Shown one piece after another: positions 33,457 to 40,710 of a stretch of DNA of 40,710 nucleotides. Where the stretch lies: the IMG/VR virus record IMGVR_UViG_3300016667_000241, positions 1 through 40,710 of that record. The stretch is one strand, 5' to 3'. The stretch's first letter is position 1, and the number at the start of each line of letters is the position of its first letter. The DNA is from a virus. Its lineage: Duplodnaviria; Caudoviricetes. The notes beneath the pieces were generated by a model. That model worked only from the letters and a program-made list of their open reading frames with translations, searched no databases and was not told where the DNA came from. The position numbers and the translations under genes are program-made.

Positions 33457-35070
33457 ATGGCTGCTGTTGCTCGTTACTACTCTTCGACTGCGGTCAAGAC
33501 GACGCTGGCATCTTCGATTGGTTCTTCCGATACGACGATGACCACTGCGTCTATGTCTGGCTTCCCGTCGTCTTACCCGTACACGCTGATCCTTGAGAAG
33601 GATTCAGCGAATGAGGAGATTGTTACCGTCACTGCGGTGGTGGGCACTTCCCTGACTATCACTCGTGGCGTGGATGGCACATCGGGTCGTAGCCATTCTG
33701 CTGGCATCTCAGTGGAGCATGGCGTTATCGCCCTGGACTTCACGAACTTCCGCAGCCATGAGGCTGCTGGATCCAACGTCCACGATATCGGTTCGGGTGC
33801 GAGCGTGGTCGGTACGACCACCACCCAGACCCTGTCGAACAAGACGCTGGGTTCGGCTCTGGCTGCTGGCGGGTTCAAGATCACTGGTCTGGCTGATCCG
33901 ACTAATGCCCAGGATGCGGCGACTAAGAACTGGGCTGAGACTGGCATGACTAGCCAGTTGAACCAGGCTACGACTCAGGCCACTAATGCGGCCACGTCTG
34001 CCACGGCAGCCGCTGGCTCGGCCAGTGCGGCCAGCACTTCTGCAAGCGCCGCTAGCGCCTCTCAGAGCGCCGCTGCGACGTCAGCATCGAACGCCAGTAC
34101 CTCTGCTACCAACGCTGCTTCTAGCGCCTCTAGCGCCTCGACAAGCGCTTCTACGGCCACTACGCAGGCAAGCAACGCTAGCACGTCGGCGACTGCTGCG
34201 GCTGGATCTGCGTCGTCCGCTTCGACGTCGGCCACTACGGCTACGACGAAGGCGTCTGAGGCTGCCACCTCGGCCACCAATGCTGCTTCTTCGGCTACTG
34301 CGGCGGCGTCATCTGCTAGCACTGCTAGCACTCAGGCTTCGAACGCTGGCACCTCCGCCACGAACGCTGCCTCGTCCGCTTCGGCAGCGGCAACGTCAGC
34401 GAGCAACGCGGCCACGTCTGCTACTGCTGCGCAGACTGCGGAAACTAATGCCGAGACGGCGGAGACGAACGCTACTGCTTCGGCTACGCTTGCCAATGAC
34501 TGGGCAACCAAGACTAGCGGGGCGGTGGCAGGTGGCGAGTACTCGGCGAAGTACCATGCGCAGGCGGCAGCAACTAGCGCAAGTAACGCATCTACTTCCG
34601 CGTCTACCGCTACCACGCAGGCGAGCAATGCCGCTACCTCTGCGTCTAACGCTTCTAGCAGTGCGACCGCTGCCGCGTCTAGCGCTTCGGCTGCTGCGGC
34701 GTCCTACGATTCATTTGACGACAGGTACCTTGGTAGTAAGTCATCTGCCCCCAGTGTCGACAATGACGGCAACGCGCTCCTGACGGGAGCGCTGTACTTC
34801 AATAGCACGACTAACGCGATGAGCGTGTACAACGGCTCATCGTGGGATCTTGTCGCGCCTGACACTAGCGCGTTCATCAGCAAGACGATTGTTGACGCTA
34901 AGGGCGATCTGATTGTTGCTACTGCTGGTGACACTGTCACCCGCTTGGCTGTCGGTACTGACACGTTTGTTCTTACTGCTGATTCGGCTGAGGCGTCTGG
35001 CATGAAGTGGGCTGCTTCTTCTGGTGGCGGTGCTGGTTATCAAGATATTTTCCTTCTGATGGGAGCGTAA
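33457..35070 (+). CDS. Tail fibre protein with an Ala/Ser/Thr-rich repeat shaft
   Basis: ITGLADPT.AQDAATK motif, SATNAASSA repeats, FDDRYLG, GALYFN and AKGDLIV. Confidence 0.8.
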   Translation: MAAVARYYSSTAVKTTLASSIGSSDTTMTTASMSGFPSSYPYTLILEKDSANEEIVTVTAVVGTSLTITRGVDGTSGRSHSAGISVEHGVIALDFTNFRSHEAAGSNVHDIGSGASVVGTTTTQTLSNKTLGSALAAGGFKITGLADPTNAQDAATKNWAETGMTSQLNQATTQATNAATSATAAAGSASAASTSASAASASQSAAATSASNASTSATNAASSASSASTSASTATTQASNASTSATAAAGSASSASTSATTATTKASEAATSATNAASSATAAASSASTASTQASNAGTSATNAASSASAAATSASNAATSATAAQTAETNAETAETNATASATLANDWATKTSGAVAGGEYSAKYHAQAAATSASNASTSASTATTQASNAATSASNASSSATAAASSASAAAASYDSFDDRYLGSKSSAPSVDNDGNALLTGALYFNSTTNAMSVYNGSSWDLVAPDTSAFISKTIVDAKGDLIVATAGDTVTRLAVGTDTFVLTADSAEASGMKWAASSGGGAGYQDIFLLMGA

Positions 35071-35074
35071 GGTT

Positions 35075-35416
35075 ATGGCTACTTCTACTTACAAGCGGCT
35101 CGGTGCTGCTCAGGGCAACGGGACAATTGGCACGGCAGCCAACATCTACACGTGCCCGACTGCTACGTCTGCCGTGGTTTCCACGGTGACGATCTGCAAC
35201 ACGTCTTCGACGGCTGCGACGTACACTATCGGTATCTCGACTGCTTCGGCTACGTATCAGGCTGCTGGCTACATCGTGTACCAGGCCAGTATTGCTGGCA
35301 ATGACACGGTTGGTTTGACGTTTGGCATGACTCTTGATGCGACTAATAAGTATCTGGTTGCGTCGTCTTCGGCTTCTACTGTGTCGTTTTCTGTGTTCGG
35401 GTCGGAGATTGCGTAA
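35075..35416 (+). CDS. Small tail-associated beta protein
   Basis: IYTCP...VVSTVTICN...SFSVFGSEI. Confidence 0.6.
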   Translation: MATSTYKRLGAAQGNGTIGTAANIYTCPTATSAVVSTVTICNTSSTAATYTIGISTASATYQAAGYIVYQASIAGNDTVGLTFGMTLDATNKYLVASSSASTVSFSVFGSEIA

Positions 35417-36114
35417 TGACCTTCTCGTCGCTCACTACGAATAAGTTGATTCCAACTGCCTATATTCCTAAGTTTGCTGCGACTGGCGGGAACTCGTCTT
35501 CAACCGCAACCATTAACGGTGTCACGTACCAGTACCTAGTTTTTACCGCTAGCGGAACTTTAACTGTTAGCACGCCTGGCTTTGCCACGGTGCTGTGTGT
35601 TGCTGGCGGCGGCGGGGGAAATGACGGGGGCGGTGGTCCTGGTGGTGGCTACATTGAGAATGATTTCAAGTTTCCCACTGCTGGCACATACGCTGTCACC
35701 GTCGGCGCTGGTGGTTCAGCAAACGGTGGTGTCGGTGGAACGTCTTCGGTTAACTCGGTAGTTTCCATAACTGGTGGATCTGGCACTAGTCGGTATGCCA
35801 ACGTTGCTGGCCCCACTGGGACTTCTGGTTTTGGCGCTCAGGGACCGCAGCCTGGAATCAACGGCTGGGTTGGTGTTGCTGGAGGTGACGGGTCGGGAAC
35901 CACGATCTACAACAACACTTCGCAGTTCTATGCGGGTGGCGGTTCTGGCGGTGGGTACAACGCTAGCAACAGTGGCTACTCGTCTCGTGGTGGAGGCGGT
36001 GCTGCGACAGCCAACGGTGGAACTAACACGGGCGGCGGTGGTGGCGGCAATGGTCAGGCTAGCGGTGGTGCCGCTGGCGGTTCGGGAATTGTGATCGTGA
36101 GGTTCATACTGTGA
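35416..36114 (+). CDS. Glycine-rich tail fibre/receptor-binding protein
   Basis: FTASGTL, AGGGGG, VTVGAGG and GGSGIVIVR motifs. Confidence 0.75.
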   Translation: MTFSSLTTNKLIPTAYIPKFAATGGNSSSTATINGVTYQYLVFTASGTLTVSTPGFATVLCVAGGGGGNDGGGGPGGGYIENDFKFPTAGTYAVTVGAGGSANGGVGGTSSVNSVVSITGGSGTSRYANVAGPTGTSGFGAQGPQPGINGWVGVAGGDGSGTTIYNNTSQFYAGGGSGGGYNASNSGYSSRGGGGAATANGGTNTGGGGGGNGQASGGAAGGSGIVIVRFIL

Positions 36115-37694
36115 GTATCCAGAAACTTTCCATTGCTAACGGTGCTGGTTCCACCATTCCTGCTGCTGGTCGTTATGCCGCTGTCAGCGGTGGCACTACT
36201 ACTACGTATTCGAGTGGTGGCACGACGTATCAGGTGCAGACATTTACCGCTAGTGGAACTCTGACTGTTAGCAATAGCGGCCTGGTTGATGTGCTGCTGG
36301 TTGCGGGTGGAGGCGGAGGCGGTCCCTGGGCTGGTGCGGGTGGCGGTGCTGGAGGAATGGTTGACACCACTTCCGCAAATCACACCCAGGTGTACCTCCC
36401 CTCTGGTTCTTACACGGTAACAGTTGGCGCTGGGGGCGCTGGGGCAACGGCAAACAACAACAACCCTGGAACCGTCGGAGGAGAATCCGTACTCGGACAA
36501 CTTATTGCCGCTGGCGGAGGCGGCGGAGGCGGATTTTCTAGCGGCCCCAACATCGGCATGGTTGGAGTCAAGGGTGGCTCTGGCGGCGGTGCAGGCTACA
36601 ACAATGTTTCTGGTGGTGCTGGCATTTACCTCCAGGGTAATGCTGGTGGCAATGCTGGATCGGGGGTCTCTGGTGCTGGCGGTGGCGGTGCTGGCGCAAC
36701 TGGTGGCGCTGCTCCTTCTGGCGCTGGAGGCGCTGGTCTTGCCAGTTCGATTAGCGGAAGTTCAGTAACTTACGCTGGCGGTGGTGGAGGTTACAACGGA
36801 GCGGGTGGTTCTGGCGGTGGCGGAACTGGAACTTCCACTACTGGCGGTTCTGGTAGCGCCAATACTGGCGGCGGTGGCGCTGGCGGCGCGCAGAACTATA
36901 ACGCTGGTGCTGGTGGTAGCGGTATTGTCATTGTTCGCACCGTAACCGCTGGCTCTGCTGCTGGAGTGCAGGCATCTGGTGGCACTCAGACCACTTACAC
37001 GGGTAACGGCACGAATGGTGTAAACGGTCGCAACTATGCCGTATCAACATTTACTTCATCTGGGACTTTCACGGTGGCCTCAGGTGGATATTTCGATGTC
37101 TTGATTGTTGGCGCTGGCGGGGGTGGCGGAACTCCGCAGGGCAATGTCGCCCAGGGTTTTGTGAGTGGCGCTGGTGGCGCTGGTGGCGTCGTAAGCCTGT
37201 CCAACATCTACATTGGGCCTGGCACATATACGGCCACCGTTGGCTCTGGCGGAACCCAGGGAAGTAATGGAAGTGCGTCTTACTTCCCCGTCGGAGGCAA
37301 GAACATATACGCCTACGGCGGTGGAACTGGCAGCAATGGTGGCGGCGGCGGAAGCGCAGCGGGGTCTGGCGGTGGTGGCGGTTGGTACGGCGGCGCCACT
37401 GGTGGAGGTAGTTCGTCTACCGAGCAAGGTAACTCTGGAGGCAACGGGTACCTGCAAGGCAACGTGCAAGGCGGCGGTGGCGGCGCAGGCGGTGCGGGTG
37501 GCATCCCGACTGGCGGCGCTGGCGTTGCTTACACGATTAGTGGGGCCTCTGTTACTTACGCAACTGGTGGCACTGGTAGCGGCACCGCAGCGGGAACGGC
37601 CAACACTGGAAATGGTGGTGGCGGTGGGACTGTCTGGAACGGTACGGGTGGTACTGGCGGTTCGGGAATCGTAGTTATTCGTTGGGCACTCTAA
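36111..37694 (+). CDS. Glycine-rich tail fibre protein with two tandem Gly-rich domains
   Basis: Two FT.SGT...GGSGIV.(V/I)R units. Confidence 0.78.
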   Translation: MSIQKLSIANGAGSTIPAAGRYAAVSGGTTTTYSSGGTTYQVQTFTASGTLTVSNSGLVDVLLVAGGGGGGPWAGAGGGAGGMVDTTSANHTQVYLPSGSYTVTVGAGGAGATANNNNPGTVGGESVLGQLIAAGGGGGGGFSSGPNIGMVGVKGGSGGGAGYNNVSGGAGIYLQGNAGGNAGSGVSGAGGGGAGATGGAAPSGAGGAGLASSISGSSVTYAGGGGGYNGAGGSGGGGTGTSTTGGSGSANTGGGGAGGAQNYNAGAGGSGIVIVRTVTAGSAAGVQASGGTQTTYTGNGTNGVNGRNYAVSTFTSSGTFTVASGGYFDVLIVGAGGGGGTPQGNVAQGFVSGAGGAGGVVSLSNIYIGPGTYTATVGSGGTQGSNGSASYFPVGGKNIYAYGGGTGSNGGGGGSAAGSGGGGGWYGGATGGGSSSTEQGNSGGNGYLQGNVQGGGGGAGGAGGIPTGGAGVAYTISGASVTYATGGTGSGTAAGTANTGNGGGGGTVWNGTGGTGGSGIVVIRWAL

Positions 37695-37708
37695 AGAAGG
37701 AAAGCAAC

Positions 37709-37954
37709 ATGGCATACGAGAACGCACACGCAGCAAAGATCGAGAACGGCATCGTCACTCAGGTCATTGTCATCCCGTTCATGGATGATGACGACGCTAA
37801 GGTGACCGCTTACTGCAACAGCATCGGCCTGGATGGTACGTGGGTTGACACCTCGTACACAGGTAGCCGTCGTGGTAAGTACGCTGGCATTGGCGACACG
37901 TGGGACGGCGAGAACTTCATTGCTCCCGTTGTTGAAGCACCCATCGAGTCGTAA
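37709..37954 (+). CDS. Small protein associated with Gly-rich fibres (assembly chaperone-like)
   Basis: AKIENGIVTQVIV...WVDTSY...RGKYAGIG.TWD...FI.P. Confidence 0.65.
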   Translation: MAYENAHAAKIENGIVTQVIVIPFMDDDDAKVTAYCNSIGLDGTWVDTSYTGSRRGKYAGIGDTWDGENFIAPVVEAPIES

Positions 37955-38187
37955 TGCCCGACTGGCTCGACACCCCCAACGAAGCGCTGATCATTATCTC
38001 AATTACGGCAGCAGTCTTTGCTGGCCTCGTGTGGCTTATCAAGGCCGTGCAGGCAATTCAGCATGAGACTAAGCCGAACTCGGGTGCGAGCATGCGTGAT
38101 GCGATTGATCGCATCGAAAGAAATCTGGAAAAACTGAGTGACAAGATCGATGGTCACATCGATTGGCACATGGATAGGGAGAAGTGA
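37954..38187 (+). CDS. Single-TM lysis-cassette membrane protein
   Basis: TM helix followed by KPNSGASMRDAIDRIE coiled coil. Confidence 0.65.
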   Translation: MPDWLDTPNEALIIISITAAVFAGLVWLIKAVQAIQHETKPNSGASMRDAIDRIERNLEKLSDKIDGHIDWHMDREK

Positions 38188-38408
38188 TGGGCGAATGGCT
38201 GGCGAAGACGCCTCTGGGAAGTGCTGCGAAGACGTTTATCGCGTTTGTAATTGCGGCGGCTGTGGCGGACTGGGTCTCTGGCGGGGATATCAGCCTCGGT
38301 AACTGGGAGACGTGGGTCATTGGTGGCCTGGCTTCCTGCATTCCGCCTGTCATCAACTGGCTGAATCCGAGTTTCGATTCGTACGGAAGAGGGTCCGATG
38401 GCCGTTAA
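38187..38408 (+). CDS. Putative holin
   Basis: Two hydrophobic segments and WLNP...YG C-terminus; directly upstream of the endolysin. Confidence 0.7.
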   Translation: MGEWLAKTPLGSAAKTFIAFVIAAAVADWVSGGDISLGNWETWVIGGLASCIPPVINWLNPSFDSYGRGSDGR

Positions 38409-38901
38409 GCATTCCATCAACGGGTGGCCTGTCATTGAGAGCGGCTCGTCGCCGCTCCTCAAGTCGTTCACTATCCCTGGCACGAAGCGTAAGGTTCTGC
38501 TGCGCCGCGATGTCGGCGCGTACCTTGTCGCGTATGCGGCTGAGTACCATCAGAAGATCGCACCTATCGATACGGGTACGTTCGATGATTGGGCCTGGTC
38601 CCCGCTACGCAATGGTCGGGCTAGCAGCCAGATTAGCGATCACTGTGCGGGCGTGGCCCTGGATCTCAATGCCACTGCCGAGGGATCCCAGTCGAGCAGC
38701 AACGTGTTCTGGAAGAAGCATCCGCTGAAGGCTCTCGCGCAGCGGAGCCTGCTGAAGAAGTACCGTCTCCTCGAATGGGGCGGCGACTACAAGCGGGCAT
38801 GGGATCCGATGCACGTCGTGATCAAGACTAATGACGTGAAGGCCGTCAAGGCTGAGATGAAGAGACTGGGCATTACTGCCACTGGCGCTATCAAGAAGTA
38901 G
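38398..38901 (+). CDS. Endolysin, M15-family Zn peptidase (catalytic domain only)
   Basis: SINGWP, R, SDH..G.ALD and WGGDY...DPMH. Confidence 0.85.
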   Translation: MAVKHSINGWPVIESGSSPLLKSFTIPGTKRKVLLRRDVGAYLVAYAAEYHQKIAPIDTGTFDDWAWSPLRNGRASSQISDHCAGVALDLNATAEGSQSSSNVFWKKHPLKALAQRSLLKKYRLLEWGGDYKRAWDPMHVVIKTNDVKAVKAEMKRLGITATGAIKK

Positions 38902-38906
38902 GGTTC

Positions 38907-40710
38907 ATGGTTGTCAACAACAAGACACTTCCCAGTGATCTTCCACTCGTCCTCGGTGTCGATGTTATCGACCGCCTTGCCCGCTATGACCGTTCTGATT
39001 TCGCTGCTGATTACGCGATTGGTAATCAGCCGTGGATGAGCATGGCTTCCGACCAGAACCGTATCTCCCGTATCACTACCGCGTATCAGAAGGAGCGGGT
39101 GGATCAGGAGGCTTCAGCGGGTGAGAACTCGCTGTCGAACTGGTGGTTGCGTTCTGCCACGTCGTGGCATCGTGGCGCTGGTGTGCTGTTCTATGACGCT
39201 GACACGAATGACCAGTACCGTTTTGGTTCGTCCGCTAACGTGGACGTGTGGACACAGGGACAGTTCTCCCTGTTGAAGGACACTGAGCAGATTCACGCTT
39301 CGGGTGCTACCCGTCTGGAGACGTGCGATACTGGTTTTTGGTTTCTTAACGGGACTCGCGACCTTTATCATTACGCTACTGGCGGCACTGTTACCGCGAT
39401 CACGAGTGTCACGAGTGACGTGTACGACATTGTCACTGATGGCTCCAACGTGCTGGCCGCTACGGCGGACGGCATTTGGGAGGTATCTGAGTCAAGCCTC
39501 ACGGGCACACGCATATATAACGCTCCTGGTTCGGGTTGGACCCCGCACCATATTGGTTTCGTTAAGTCCCGCATTATTGTTGGTGCGCAGATTACTGACA
39601 CGTTTCCGTATCGCGTGTACGAACTGGGCCGCAATCCCGCTACCCCACCCACGAACATCAGCAACACTAACGATTCGCGTTACGAGTCGAAGACTGTGTT
39701 GACGTTTTCCGCTATTGCGGAAACGACGGGCGCCATCTTGGTTGCTATCAATGTTGGTAACCGTTCGCGTGTGTTGTCGTTCACTATCGATAACTCTGCG
39801 TCGGGCAATGCCGCGATGCTTGAGCCGATCATTGTGGCTGAGTTTCCCACTGGCGAACTGGTTAATGAACTGCGTGGCTACTTGTCTACGTATGTGGTTG
39901 CTGCTACCACTCGGGGTTTGCGCGTGGCGGAGGAGACCAGTAATGGTCTCGGTTTCACGTATGGTCCTTTGACTATTAGCGGCAACATTGTGGACTTCTC
40001 ATTCAACGGTGAGTACATTTATGCTTGTCGTGAGGATGAGTTCCTTGGCCTGAAGGGCCTGTGGCGTGTGCATCTTGGCACGCAGGTGGATTCTGCTTAC
40101 GCTTATGCCGCTGATCTGTCTATCTCCACGGGCACCCCGTTGGGGTGCACGGTGCTAGGCACTACTGGCCGCATGGTAATCGCCACGTCGGGGAAGATTT
40201 TCGCTGAGCACGCTACGCAACTTGCGTCCACTGGCTACGTTAACTCGGGGTGGATTCGTTTCGGGACTACCGAGTATAAGCAGCCAGTATCGTTCGCCGT
40301 TCACAGTAGTACTGCATACGGTACTCTCGGCATCACTGTACAGAGTAACGACGGGGATGAGGTTACCTTCGAATCGATCCCGCAGAATCAGGTTCTGAAC
40401 ATTCCGCTGTCCTCCAACATGCTGCCCGATACACAGTTTCAGGTAGTCACTACTCTTACTCGGGACAGCAGCGATACAACTCAGGGGCCTGTGGTCGAGG
40501 AGTGGCAGTTGCGCAGTCTGCCAGCGCCACTGCGTTCCCGCACTATCACTCTCCCACTCATGTGTTACAGCGAGGAACGTGACTCCCTCGGCAACGTAAC
40601 GTCGAGTGATCCCTGGCCCCGTCTGCGAGCGTTGGAGAAGTTGGAACAGTCGGGCGGTGCCTGCCTCTTCCAAGACTTCACGACGGGCGAAGAACGCATC
40701 TGTGTTGTTC
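38907..40710 (+). CDS. Tail tubular protein B / nozzle-like beta-rich protein; continues across the junction to 279 (about 634 aa)
   Basis: Absent from the ORF track because it runs off the end; begins MVVNNKTLPSD; in frame with ORF 28-279. Confidence 0.7.
   Translation, partial: MVVNNKTLPSDLPLVLGVDVIDRLARYDRSDFAADYAIGNQPWMSMASDQNRISRITTAYQKERVDQEASAGENSLSNWWLRSATSWHRGAGVLFYDADTNDQYRFGSSANVDVWTQGQFSLLKDTEQIHASGATRLETCDTGFWFLNGTRDLYHYATGGTVTAITSVTSDVYDIVTDGSNVLAATADGIWEVSESSLTGTRIYNAPGSGWTPHHIGFVKSRIIVGAQITDTFPYRVYELGRNPATPPTNISNTNDSRYESKTVLTFSAIAETTGAILVAINVGNRSRVLSFTIDNSASGNAAMLEPIIVAEFPTGELVNELRGYLSTYVVAATTRGLRVAEETSNGLGFTYGPLTISGNIVDFSFNGEYIYACREDEFLGLKGLWRVHLGTQVDSAYAYAADLSISTGTPLGCTVLGTTGRMVIATSGKIFAEHATQLASTGYVNSGWIRFGTTEYKQPVSFAVHSSTAYGTLGITVQSNDGDEVTFESIPQNQVLNIPLSSNMLPDTQFQVVTTLTRDSSDTTQGPVVEEWQLRSLPAPLRSRTITLPLMCYSEERDSLGNVTSSDPWPRLRALEKLEQSGGACLFQDFTTGEERICVV
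40533..40710. repeat. Terminal direct repeat / circular overlap (copy 2)
   Basis: 176 of 178 positions identical to 1-178. Confidence 0.97.

Noticed and set aside
33960-34710. Tandem DNA repeat array
   Set aside because: These are degenerate Ala/Ser/Thr protein-level repeats of an ordinary tail-fibre shaft.

Overview
The window is an apparently complete, circularly permuted genome of about 40,532 bp. Positions 1-178 repeat at 40533-40710 with 2 mismatches. It is a GC-rich tailed dsDNA phage, most likely podovirus-like because it has no tape-measure protein and has large internal-virion-type genes. The host is probably an actinobacterium, judged from WhiB, an M15 endolysin, an Rpf-like transglycosylase and a leaderless SigA promoter. 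There are three blocks. (i) A + strand replication/regulation block at 0.8-9.1 kb holds a split Cas4/RecB-like nuclease, a DnaB-like helicase, WhiB, a resolvase, a split primase, an HslV-like protease, a phosphoesterase, an HNH nuclease and a sigma-like factor. (ii) A - strand 'early' block at 9.15-14.2 kb has small genes, DUF932 and a gp88/radical-SAM-like gene, punctuated by four 25-bp promoter-like repeats. (iii) A + strand virion/lysis block runs from 14.8 kb to the end. I saw no DNA polymerase, RNA polymerase, integrase or tRNA. The most notable signals are: a complete type II hammerhead ribozyme at the predicted start of one early transcript; cassette-like early units whose stop codons abut the next promoter repeat; three enzymes split into non-adjacent genes; a pseudoknot-containing leader before the scaffold/capsid genes; and an 806-aa histone-H1-like protein. 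All family assignments come from motifs recognised by eye; no searches were run.
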